Under the pieces are notes generated by a model. That model saw only the letters and a program-made list of their open reading frames with translations. It made no database searches and had not been told where the DNA came from. Positions 49,450 to 61,362 of a stretch of 64,000 nt of DNA are shown here, in pieces. Source of the stretch: Camelus dromedarius. Its lineage: Eukaryota. Numbering within the stretch: position 1 is the stretch's first letter; each line of letters opens with the position of its first letter. Both the position numbers and the translations under genes were made by a program. The stretch lies in NCBI RefSeq assembly GCF_036321535.1, contig NC_087437.1:46006001-46070000 (forward strand), read 5' to 3'.

Positions 49450-50105
49450 GGAAGAAAAGAGCTCGAGCATGGAAAGGAAGTGCTAGCGTGGGGGCCCATC
49501 AGCCAAGATGGCTGGTAGAGACAGCCCCAGCCGTGGCTCAGGCCACGTGGACTTTTATGGGAGATTCTACCATCATGTCCTCCATCTGAGTATGCTGAAG
49601 CCAATCGCGTTTCTTTTTTGACCCTGTAGTGGGCTTTTCTGGTTGTTGTCATGGCAATCATCAACTGTCATGGCACTGGTGGGTGTATCACTAAGCATGC
49701 TAATGTGTTACAATGACTGTATAATGAGGCTCAATGTCCACGGGAAGTCAAATCCTCCACCATCTTGGGCTTCGCAGGTTCTAATCAGTTCTTGTTTCTT
49801 CTCTTTGTGTCCTGAGACTTAAATAAGAGAAATTGGTTTATATTTGAGGGAGGGGCAGGGGTATGATCCTGGGGGCAACAGTCTTGGTAACCAAGACCCT
49901 GTCCCTAGGCTGAACTATTGTTTTTTAATCGTTCATCCCTTGTTTTCTGCATTCCCTTCCTTCCCTGATTAACTATTTGAATCTGCTCTTTGGAAATCAG
50001 AGAAGGTTAAGGAGGCTAAATGAAGCCTATTTATTACAAACAAGAAATAGGGAACATGGGAAGACTTGTACCAGGGAGGACCCCACAGGGTCCTGCTCAG
50101 TATCA
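49450..50105 (-). mobile_element. MER41-like ERV1 LTR inserted in L1
   Basis: Minus strand starts TGATACTGAGCAGGACCCTGTGGGG. Internal 'gtcatggcaatcatcaactgtcatggcactggtggg' resembles MER41-group LTRs. The L1 reads through on both flanks. Confidence 0.6.
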
Positions 50106-50800
50106 ATTATATCATGTTACATTTCCACCATCAGTGTCTATGAGTTCTAGTTTGTCCAAATCCTCACCAACACCAGGTAGTGTCAGTTCTTTTAATTTTA
50201 ACTATTTTAATAGGTGTGTAGTGGTATATCATTGTGGCTTTAATCTACATTTCCCTAATGACTAATGGTGCTGAGCATCTTTTCACTTGCTTCTCATCCA
50301 TCTATTTTCTTGAGTGAAGAGTCTGTTCAAAAATTTTTTTGCCTAATTTTTAATTGAAGTGTTTATTTTCTTTTTATTGAGTTCAAGAGTTCTAGACTTT
50401 AAATTCAAGGATTTTTTAGACATCTGACTTGCAACTACTTCTCCCCACTTGTAGCTTACCTTTCATTCCCTTAACAGTATCTTTCAAAGAGAAGAAGCTC
50501 TTAATTTTTATGGAATCCAATTCATGAATTTGTAATTTTATGTTTTATAATTTTGGTGTTACATATACATAATTATTTGCTAAGCTAAGGTCAGAAATAT
50601 TTTCTCCTACAGTTTCTTGTAGTTTTGTGGTTTTAAGATTTACATTTAGGTCTATAATCCATTTTGAGTTAACTTTTGTATATGGTGTGAGGTGTGAATT
50701 AAAATTTGTTTGCTTGTTTGTCTGCATATAGACTTACATTTATTTCCACATCATTTATTTTGAAAAGACTATCATTTCTATACTGAACTATTTTTGTACC

Positions 50801-51540
50801 TGTGATATTGTGATTTATAATAAGAAATATATATTTGGTCTTCAATCCTGTTCTTGGCACAGAGCTCCTAAAACCCTTGGAATCACCTAAGTGATGACAG
50901 CAAAGGGGGCTTTTTGTTATGTTACTGAGGTGACTGTTGGACTCCACCTAAGGATGTTGGCTGGTTGCCAGGAGGAAAAACTCTGTGAATAGAGGGTAAA
51001 AACTTTCAGTCCTATCCCTGACCCCTAGGAGGGGAGAGGGGCTGGAGGTTGAATCAATCACATATGGCCGATGATTTAATTAATCATACCTAAGTAATGA
51101 AGCCTCCATAAAACACCAAAAGGATAGGGTTAGGAGAGCTGTCAGGTTAGTGAGCACATGGAGATTTAGGGAGAGTGGCATGCTCTTGAGAGAGCATGAA
51201 AGCTCCTCGCCCTATCCCCATTCTCTCCCCTGTACATCTCTTCCATTTGGCTGTTCCTGAGTTATATCCTTTTATAATAAACTGGTGATCTAGTAAGTAA
51301 AATGTTTCTCTGAGTTTTGTGAGTCACTCTAGCAAAATTGAACTTGAGGAGGGGGTTCTGGAAACTTCTGACTTATAGCCAGTTGATAAGAAGTACAGGT
51401 GATAACCTGGCTTGCAACTGGCATCAGAAGGATGGGGGTAGTCTTGTAGGACTGAAACCTTAACCTGAGGAATCTGATGCTACCTATGGACAGATAGTGT
51501 TAGAATTAAGTTGAATTATAGGACACCCAACTGGTGTCCA
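50801..51540 (+). mobile_element. MER21-like LTR inserted in L1
   Basis: Starts 'tgtgatattgtga...aaatatatatttggtcttc...cagagctcctaaaacccttggaat'; later 'ggacacccaactggtgtcc'. Confidence 0.8.
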
Positions 51541-52440
51541 TGGCATTGATTGGATCAGTTTGCCAATTACTAAGAAAAAAAGGCTACTGGTATTTTGATT
51601 GAAACTTCACTGAATCTATAAATCAATTTGAAAAGAATTTACCTCTTAACAATACTGAGTTTTCCAATCCATGAACACATTTTATCTCTCTTTATTTAAA
51701 TCTTCTTTAATTTGTTTCAAGAGTGTTTTGTAGTTTTTAGGTATAGTTTCTTCTGCAGTTTCTATTCTGAAAAGCTCATTCAGTGGCATAGTGTATATTT
51801 TTGCTCTAGAAGTTCAGTTTAGTTCCTTTTCATAGTTTCCATTTCTCTCTTCCTTATGTTCATATTTTCCTTTAAGTTCTTGAAAATATTTATAATAGCT
51901 ATTTTAGCTTCTCAGTCCATCATCTTTTCATTTCTGGGTTTATTTCTAGTAACTGTATTCCCTTCTTATTTTTATGGGTTAAATTTTCTTGCTTCTTGTA
52001 TGTTCAGAAAATTTTTAGTTGAATTTGGACATTGTGATTACATTTTAAAAAATAGTCTGAGAATATGAAAACGCATATATGTATGTATATGTATGACTGG
52101 GACAGATTTTCAATTACCTTGCCCATCCCAAAATTCAATCTCTGTCTACTCAGCTCATCAACATCACTGTGCTTTGCTTAAGTTTTCCCTCCTTGAAATT
52201 TAAAATTTTAAGTTTTCCTCCTGATTTCTGGGAAGTGCTTCTAGGCAGAAAGCTAGGTGACTATTGGGGGTCACCTCATTTATTTCTCTTTTCTCAGAGG
52301 TCATAATCTTTCATGCTTTTTGTCTAATGTCTGAAAATAGCTGTTTCATACACTTCCCCAATTTTTTAGTTGTTTATTGCAAGAAGGTTTTTCTGGTACT
52401 AGTTATCCTGTCATGGTCATAAGTGGAAACTATCCATCTG

Positions 52441-52980
52441 TGATAAATTCAACATGATCACAAACTTTTTGTTACTCTTCCCATTGACAGATAGAATCTA
52501 ATTCTCTACCTTTGAGTTTGGCTTTGCCTTAGTTTTGCTTGACCTTAGTTTTGCATGTGGGCAGAAGTGATAGTCTTCAATTTCCAAGACTAGGTCCTAA
52601 GACTGCTTGCAGTTTCCACTGGGATTTCTCAGAATCTTTGCTCTGGGGATGATAGCCACTAGGTAAGAAGTTTGACTACCCTGAGACTGTCATGCTTAGA
52701 GGCAACTTGTAGATGTTCTGGTTGACAGTTCCAACTAAGTGCATTCTTCCAGCCTTCCCTACCAAGGCAGGGAGCATGTGAATAAATCTGTCTTGCAAAC
52801 TCTAGACAAGCTTATGTCAGCTGTGTATAATCAAGTGACCCCAGTCAATGACACAAGGAATAGAAAAATCACCTGAGACTCACCCAATTCTCTGACCCAC
52901 AAAAAGGTGTAATATGGCAAAATAGTTCTGTTTAGCTACCAGGTAGGTCGTTTGTTATGCAGCAATAGATATCTGGAACA
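52441..52980 (+). mobile_element. MLT1G/H-like MaLR solo LTR, near complete
   Basis: TG...CA ends, with terminal 'gtttgttatgcagcaatagatatctggaaca'. Confidence 0.75.
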
Positions 52981-55299
52981 TTGCTAGAGATATATTTTCA
53001 CTTACAAGATTGCTTATTTGTTTGAACAGTAATTTTCCTTAGGTTGATTTTTGGTAATTGTTTTCCCAAATGTTTAGTGATTCTCAACGCTCTCTGGGGG
53101 TTGGGTAGGACATGTAACTAGATAGAGTCTGTGAATAGCTTGATTTCAGATATAGGAGCAGGTTTCCCTATCATTCTTTGGGATCTTAAATTATCTGGCA
53201 TTCTTCACAGCTTTTCTAGTGCCAGTTAGATCTTTTAGTGTCAGAAAATCCACCTTAGAGAACAATCTCTTAAAATTTTGCCCTGGAGACAAATGCTTGA
53301 GTTCTCTGTTTTCTTTCTTCTTTTTCTTTCCCTCCTATACTATATGGAGGTGCATAGTTACTCCATTGCTCTTCTTCTTTCTCTAGTTTCAACACTCATC
53401 ACACTCCTACTCCAGGCAGATTATTTGCTTTTGAGGGGAAACGGCAGTAGCTACCCTTTACATCTCAGGGGAAGAGGAAAAGCTCTGACTTACGTAGTTT
53501 ATCCAAAGACCATAATTTAATGAATTGCTCTGACAATTATGCCAAAGCTACTCCACTTTTCATTTTTGTTGCCTCTGAGCTTAGAGCATATCTGAAATGG
53601 CTCTTATTTTTACAGTAGAGTTATATTATATTCATAATTAATTTTCCAGAATTCAATTACATTATAGGGGAAACACAAGGAAAAACAAAAAATTAAATAT
53701 GGTAGATGATTTTGTCTGTCATTCTGTTCACTCATTTTTGTCCCAGAAGGAGCAAATCTCAGATGGAAGATGCAAATCAACTGTTCTTTCCATCATATTT
53801 AGCATCCATGTGCCTCTTGTAGTAAAGGCATTCACCACATTTAGCATGACAAGAACGATTAAAGATATAGCTTTGTACCTTACAGCATGGCTTCTAAATG
53901 TAAGCCAAGCATTTTTTCAGATGCTTAACCAAAGAAATATTATTTCATTCCAATGTTGAGGAAAATCACATGTGCTGGATGCTTAAGAGGTGTTTTGATG
54001 GTCTGCAACGTGGCCTTTACTCAAAGACTTTTCAAGGATAATTTTTATTTATTCATTTTCTAAAGAAATAGGTAACTGTACAATTTTTATAAAGGTGATT
54101 GTGTTGACTGGAAGACAGCAACGTTTCAGGTATACAACACAATATCTTTAAATGGAAATAGAAAATGCATAAGTTGCTGCGTCCAGACAGCTCTGCAGGG
54201 CAGAAGGCACGACGGCGGTCTCCCTGTTGGAGGGGAGACCTACCTGGCAGTCATCTCCCACAGGGGTATCTGTCTTGCCTGGTGGGATCGTCTGTTGGCA
54301 GACAGAGAGCTCTGAAGAGTCTCATGAGGTCTTTTTGCCATTGCGGAGGTTTTTACTCCCTCTTGGTCACTCTTACCTGTTCTGGAGACTTTGGTTATGT
54401 TTCTAACGTTCACCAGATGCAGACTAACTGATGAGCACCCTGGCACATTCCTGAGTGCTTACTGTAAGAATAGATGAGTTGCAGATCAATTGCCCAGGGT
54501 TGTTTCTCCAGGTGTCCTACCCCCAGCAGACCCTGGCCTCCTGAACCAATTCAACTAATACACGCAAAACACACCATGCTGTAAATATACAAAAGAGTGC
54601 AATAAAAATTAAGCCCCTTTCAATGGTCATTTTGATTATAAACAATCTGGCTTTTAAAATAGAAATTCACTCAAGTACTTTTGTCCCATTTGTGTTTTAG
54701 GCTGGGTGGGTTTTTTATTTATTTGTTTTTGTTGTATTGGCTCTTATTTCCCTTTAATTTCCCATACACTTTGTTTCTCCCTCAAATTTCTGGTCGGGTG
54801 ATGGTACAATTTTTTGGTTTTCAGCACAATTATTTTTTGTAAATAAAAATTGAAAAATTTTTTTGTAGGCTAAGGAATCGGGGAGAGAAAGGATAGGTAT
54901 ACATATGTGTTCAGTCTGACATCTTTCTTTGAATGTCCTCTTTGTTGATGATTGATGATTTGGTGTCCAGACTCCTAATTTTTAGCTTTCCCATAGGACT
55001 TGGATTTCCTTCTCCACATCTCCCTGGTGTTTATAATTTCAGGTAGATTTCCTGCACTAGCTGTCCTCTCAGAACCTAATTTCTGTTCTTAGTATTCTGT
55101 TTCAAGTTGTTACCGACCTGCCCAGTTCCCCAGAGATGGGGAGAGAACTCAGGCAAGGCCTCCTTCCTGCACGTGTCCGCTGGTCCTTGGGGTGGTGGCA
55201 GCTGCCCCTAGGGTCCACTGTGGTCTCACTCTCCTTGCTCTCAGCTCCAGCTGCACAGGGCTCCTTCCAGCACTTTGAAATGAAACTCATGCCCGGTTT

Positions 55300-55650
55300 A
55301 GCTTCATAGCCTTTTACATCTTCACTTTATGTCTGGAGCAGCCTCCTCTCCCATACTAACTCCCACACTTAGTCATTGTTTTGTCATTTTCAGGTGTCCA
55401 TTCAAATAGCACCTCCTCAAAATGATCTTCCCTGACGCTCCACGTAACCTATGTCCCAGAACATCATATGCATTTCCTTCACAGCACTCACTACAGTTTG
55501 TAACCAGATATTTATTTGTGTCATCGTTTGATGACTGTATTTCCTTTTTGAGACTACTAGACTCCTATCCCCAAGATCATGTCTGTTTTGCTTATCACTG
55601 TATTCTCAGCCACCAGCCCAGAGCCTGTATGAATTGCTGAATGAAGTAAA
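55300..55650 (+). mobile_element. LINE-2 3' fragment
   Basis: 'agactactagactcc...catgtctgttttgcttatcactgtattctcagc...tgctgaatgaa'. Confidence 0.6.
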
Positions 55651-55975
55651 GTGCCAGCAACTGTTCACTTAATGATCCAACTATTTGAATGAAGACGCTG
55701 GATTGATGAATGAGTTTGATAATTTGTTTCTTCTTGGGCTTCTGGCATTAGTAGTGCTAGAGTACAAACATTTATAGCATGGAATAATATGCACGTAGCC
55801 ATATATCTATAGCATAAAATAACAACTTATATAGAAACTAAATGGACACTTAACATGGACACTAAGTTAAAGATTTCTTAAAGTGTATATTCTGTCCTAG
55901 TAATACTGCATTGAACGACTCTGACTCACCTATGTGTCAGTGAATTACTGTTTATAAAAACATCATGACAAGATA

Positions 55976-56303
55976 CAGTTGGCCCTTCATATTTCTTTGT
56001 GTTCCTAAATTCTGCATCTGGGGAGTCAACCAACTTCAGATTGAAAGTATTTGGAAAAAAATTCTGAAAAGTTCCAACAAGCAAAACCTGAATTAGCCAC
56101 CTATTGGTAACTATATACATAGTACTTAGCTGTATTAAGTATTATTATAAGAAATCTAGCCATGACTTAAAGTATATGGGAGGATGTGTTGTAGGTAGTG
56201 TGCAAACACTACACCATATTATATAGGGAAAGTGAGCATCTGTGGATTTGTTATTTGTGGGGGGTCCTGGAACCAATCCCTCGCTGACACAAAGGGACGA
56301 CTG
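55976..56303 (-). mobile_element. MER2 (TcMar-Tigger) MITE, complete
   Basis: TIRs cagttggccct... and ...agggacgactg, with TA on both sides (55974-55975 and 56304-56305). Internal 'ggggtcctggaaccaatccc'. Confidence 0.88.
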
Positions 56304-56354
56304 TACTTTGTTTCCATTCCCAAGGCTTCATTAATGACATATAACATCCGTGTA

Positions 56355-57170
56355 AGTCATGGTTCTTTAGGCAACAAACATATGGCTACATTAAGTCAAC
56401 TAATATTGATATAATAAAGTCTATGAATCTGAATTAATCTGAATTTGCTTTATAATAGAATTGTAGAATATTCTCCTCTGTGTTATAGGTATAATATAGT
56501 ACATAGGGTCTACTTATATTGTTAAAAAATTTTATAATCCTAAAAAAATCTAATGATATTTTTGTTAGGGTTCTTAGTAAAAACTAAGTAGGTCTTTTCT
56601 AATTTAAGTAACAAAATATACTAATTCATAGTATTAGAGTTACTATGTGTCCCATCTGTTCAGTACAGTTCTAGTTTATCCTTGACATTATGAATAGCAT
56701 CCCCTTTCATTCCCAAATGTGTCTGAGTTCAAATGGCAAACTATATGATCTCCCACACAGAACCATTGGGAGAGGTGGGGAAACAGATTAAGCTTTCAGG
56801 AACAATAGCTTGAGGCACACCACAGAACTGGGCCAATGTGGGAGCTGCCTCTTGTCACCACCACAGCATCTAGAACCACTCCACTGATCTGTCCAGACAA
56901 AGAAGCTGCCACTGCCACTGGCACTGGCACTGACTCCAAAACCATATGCCATGGACCAGAGAGGAAGCCTCCACCATTCCCTCTACCTCTGGTGCCATTT
57001 ACACCATCAAAAAATGAATTCCTCACACAGATCCTATTTTCCCACGAGGCAGAAATCAGAAAACTGCTTGCACTATTCGTAGGAGTCTGTAAAGATGTAG
57101 TTCTGGAGATTCTAGCTGGGGAAAACAAGATTTACAAAACAGGAAACAATTAAAAGCAAGAAGAGTATTT
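56355..57170 (-). mobile_element. Probable ERVL-class LTR remnant adjoining the ERVL internal region
   Basis: 'gccactgccactggcactggcac' and 'aggagtctgtaaagatgtagttctggagattctag' resemble reverse LTR33/40/41-class sequence. Boundaries are uncertain. Confidence 0.45.
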
Positions 57171-57199
57171 AAAATATTTTGAGCAATCGTGAAGGACAG

Positions 57200-60100
57200 A
57201 TGTTACCCTTTATCTGGATATACATCCATTTTCCAAACTTAAAACAACAATAGCAACAAAAATTATGTTCCCACCTAGTAAAGTGACAATCTTTCATACA
57301 ATTAAACAAACTCATTCTCTCCCCAGATGAGAAGACTCTTTATTTGGTATAATCTTTTTTTATTTAGCACAATCTTTTAATTTAGTACAACCTTTTCTAG
57401 TTCTAATATATGTAGTGATGATTATGGTTCCTCAATTCTGTCGTGGTATTTTTAATATGTGGACTAAATTATAAAGTAAATACTATCAAAACATACTAAA
57501 TAAAGCAAGGGTAAACAGAAAATCAGTTACATTTTCTACAAATGGCCTTTAGTTGATGTGTGTAATTTTCTTCAACAACAACTAGCCATTCCATATTACT
57601 TTTATGTTCAGGTCAGCAGTGACCCAGTTAACTGGATTCCTTTACTGACTGTGGAGAAACCCAACGTCCATTCCTTGGGAGTTGAGCCCTTGGTGGTTCT
57701 GCCTATATGGGGTGCTCTAGTTTTCCATTAGCATTTACTAATAGACATGGAAATATTAAGGAACACCCTATAGGAATTCTTGTGTTAAAGAAATATTCTC
57801 CTAGATTTGCATTGCATAACACTGATTATTCCTTTTAAATCATGTTCAACCCCACAGTCTGCATGGTAATCCCCTTGTCTGCTTTGTCAAGTGGTTTGAG
57901 ACACTGGTGTGCTCTTGGAAGTACTCCTCCCTTGAGTACTAAGATCCTTAAGCCAAAGCTGTTGACAGTGGCAAGGATGTGAAGTAAAATTTATGTTAGT
58001 AAGCCATTAAGGGAATAGTGAGCAGTGCCACCCCAATTTCATTTCTTGGTTCCTAAACTCATATGTTCTGGCCATGGCTGAAAAAACACTATGTGTTGGT
58101 TGCTATTTAATAGCAGATGCTGTATTCTACAAGATGGCATCCCTATTTTGTAAGATATCTCCCATTTGGCATCAAAACAAAATCCTCAATAAGTCATTTC
58201 ACTGCTTTATAAAGCCAACTGCTTCTGGAAATCTGAATGCTTTCTAAATGCATCAATCTAATAATGTCCTAGTCTTTCACTATAAAATAAGATCTCTGGT
58301 CAGAACCAATGTTATGTGACTTACAGTGACAGCACGTGAGACATTTGGTGAGTCCACAGATGGTGTTGCTGGAAGAAGCTTGGTAGACCACATAGACAAA
58401 TCCATGTCTAGCATGTATCAATTTCAGAGAAGACAGATTCCAACACTCACCATGTTAGAAGAAGCCCTGTGTAATTAACCTGCCATCAGGTGGCTGGGTA
58501 TTCTTTTTGGAGGATGGCACCATATGGCAGGACTCACGTTTGTTCACTTTTGCTTTCAAACTGGGCACTCAGCGGAAGTAATATCCAGACATCTGGGGGA
58601 GAGGATGTCTAAGTTGTTAAGCCCAGGCATAAACTCTGTCTGAAAGCATGACCACTTTTTTCATTTAATAATTACTGACTGACTGTGGAAAGAGGCTAAC
58701 AAATCCATACAACAGGTCATCTTGTCCAGTCATCTATTGAAAACCTCTATATAGAGTCAGTCTTTTTTGTGTATTCATGTGTGACACAAATGCTTTCAAA
58801 CTCCAGAATAGTTTAAAAGTCTAGATTGGTCCTTGCTTTAATCTTCTTTATCACCAATCCTTCAATCTTATCCCTCCTAAGTTCCTGACTATCCAATGAA
58901 ATTATTAGCTATTGCCTGTAAATTAATGTAGACCTGTAGCTTAATCTCCCTTTCCAGCTAAACAGATCATGAGATACATTGTTTGAAGTTCTGCCCATTG
59001 GGGATATTTATTTTTCTACACTGACCATCAGGTCACTCCTGAGTGGAACTGACATGATGTAGCTGTCCACTTCTGTATGTGGGTTGATTGAGCTGCATTA
59101 AACAGGACAAAGAAATACTGCTGTGCAACATCGACTCAAAGAATACTTCTATAACATACTGGTACCTATAGGGTGCTACTTAGTATTGTCATTTCCAATG
59201 GAGCTGACAGTAACTGGAATATTTTTTTCTCAGTTACCTGGTCATAGAGACCTCTTAATGCGACTAGAGGTGTGGTTTGAGAGAATACCGGCAGCATGGC
59301 AGGAGTAGATGCACTCAGAGTATGAGTCATCTTCTTCTGGGACTTGTGTTTTTAGGACCTCCACGAACCTGTTCAAATATAAATGATTTCCCGGGGATGA
59401 TGGAATGCTGCAAGAAATATCTGACTTTATAGCTCAGTAGATGAGATATTCACATACTTCATGATGGGATACTTAATTTCCATAGGCACATGATGTACTG
59501 CTCCCAAACATTCAGTCTCTACCACGATCCAACAGCAAGCCGAGACTTTTTTGAAAGGAGAATGCTACAGTTACTTACTGAAAAAGACACCCTACTCTGA
59601 ATTTTGAGGATATACACTGTAGTCTAGACCTTCTAGAGAGTTTTCTATTGCTTTGTGCCACACTGAAAGCTGGAAGACTTTCAGATGACCTTTTAATTAT
59701 TTGGAGAAGCATAACCAAATGTCATATATATTTTCTACAAGATACAAAAATTGAACAAGCATCATTCCCCTTTATTATGACAAGGGATGCAGAGTGTAAC
59801 ACTTTTCTTTCATGTTGGAGGAGACACTTTGAGAAGTCTGAGATCCCTGATCTCCAGAAATTTCACTCAATTGACAGGTCCCTGTATTTTTCATATCTTT
59901 TATCTTTTGATATGTGTATCTTTTATGAACAAGCCTAGGGTACATACTCTTCCTGTGCACTGGGTTGCATTAGCTTAAGTCATCAGTTTGTAGACCACTA
60001 TGATGTTTTGTGGACTAAATCAGGGCACAGTCAATGAGTTCCTATTGCTCTTAGGCAGTGAAGCCAGTGAAGGTAAAATATCAGCAAGATGGTTTTGTGG

Positions 60101-60880
60101 AAACACTGGGTCCACTTTAAGACTGAGTTGGTCCACAAAACTCACTTATCACCTGGTCCCCATTAGCTCACATTCTGACCAGAGGGATATAGTAAAAGTC
60201 TGGGTTCCCATGGATTAACTGTAGTTCTGAGTCAATGAAGTAATTCCCCAGTGTTTTCCTTTCTCTAGTAGTGCACAGTCATCCTTGCAAAATGGCTGCA
60301 AATCCCATTGGAGAAGGCCAGAAGAAAGATTTATATATCACTGCCGTGTGGTGTCATCTTAGGGTCCTTTCTTAGCAGTTTTCTGGGCTCCTTTCTTCAC
60401 TGATGGGTTCACAGTCAGGTCTGTGAACAGACTCAGGTCTGAGCATGGGGTATTGGGTTTGATTTTATCATGGCAGCTCATTTTATGCCTTTGTGTTTCA
60501 GAATTAGATGTGGGGTTCATCTCCTCCTTTTATTGTTCTGTTGTTTATTTTTGTTTTGTGTTTTATACCAAAAAGGATCTGAATGGGTGGCCCCTATATT
60601 TTCTACCATACCATTTTGTATTCATAAGTATAACCAGTTAGCACTTATGAATCATGATTCTTGTGCTGTTCCAACTGCCTTTTATCATAACCATGTCCAC
60701 CTTTTCTCTTGAGGTTAAGTACTGCTGCTAGACTTCTGTCAATCAAATATCGGCTCATCAGAGAGCCCATTTTCATGGTGGTGTCCCTTGCTCACAGAGA
60801 ATAGCATTTTTCAATGTAGGATGCTATAGGTATTTTTCAACAGTGTAGTAAAAGGATTTCTTCTGGGCTCTTTTTAGGGC
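57200..60880 (-). pseudogene. Decayed ERVL-class (class III) internal region: protease-RT-RNaseH-integrase remnants
   Basis: Minus-strand translation gives protease-proximal LLQWDLQPF at about 60290-60317 (cf. PQRDLRPF), RNaseH QWAELQT at 58980-59000, AFVSHMN at about 58773-58793, and integrase PAT*WQVNYTG at about 58465-58497 (cf. PATWWQVDYIG). The motifs lie in the correct order, with many stops. Confidence 0.85.
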
Positions 60881-60882
60881 CA

Positions 60883-60884
<2 letters not shown>

Positions 60885-60927
<43 letters not shown>
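60885..60927. repeat. (GT)n microsatellite
   Basis: Direct reading. Confidence 0.95.
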
Positions 60928-60928
<1 letters not shown>

Positions 60929-61194
60929 TTTGCAAATTAAAAATATTTGCCAGCATTCTTATTTATCCCAAATCTTTGTATTTCTTCCTCTTCATAATAT
61001 TAGACAACTTCTTTTACATCTTCATTTATGGAAGACCACCGCCACTGAATTCAACTTTCAGTGAGCTGAGCAAAACTTTAAACTCTAATTATCTGACTTG
61101 GTATATTGACTCTAGAATCTGTAGTAAGTGCACTCTTATCAATAACTCAGATCAATCTAAATTTATGTGTACTGGCCTAAGTACTGTCTCAGTT

Positions 61195-61360
61195 ACTAAC
61201 ACTGTTTTAACAAGCTACCTCAAAGTCAGTGCCATGAATTTTTTTTTGCTTAACCTCATAGATTCTGAGACTCAGGAATTCAGAAAGGGTACAGCGAAGA
61301 CAGCCTGTCTTTGTTCCATGATGTTGGAGGCCTCAGCTGGAGAGATTTGAAAGCTGGAGT
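61195..61360 (-). mobile_element. MLT1F-like MaLR fragment interrupted by L1
   Basis: 'gattctgagactcaggaattcagaaaggg...tgttccatgatgttggaggcctcagctgg'. Confidence 0.6.
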
Positions 61361-61362
61361 GT

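Larger units (their letters stand above)
48200..52430 (-). mobile_element. Nested old L1 block: L1ME-like pieces flanking an L1MB/MC-like 3' segment (about 48840-51750)
   Basis: 'gattcatccatgttg...tattccattatatggat', 'gtggtatatcattgtggctttaat...ttccctaatgactaatg', 'aacaatactgagttttccaatccatgaaca'. Confidence 0.8.
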
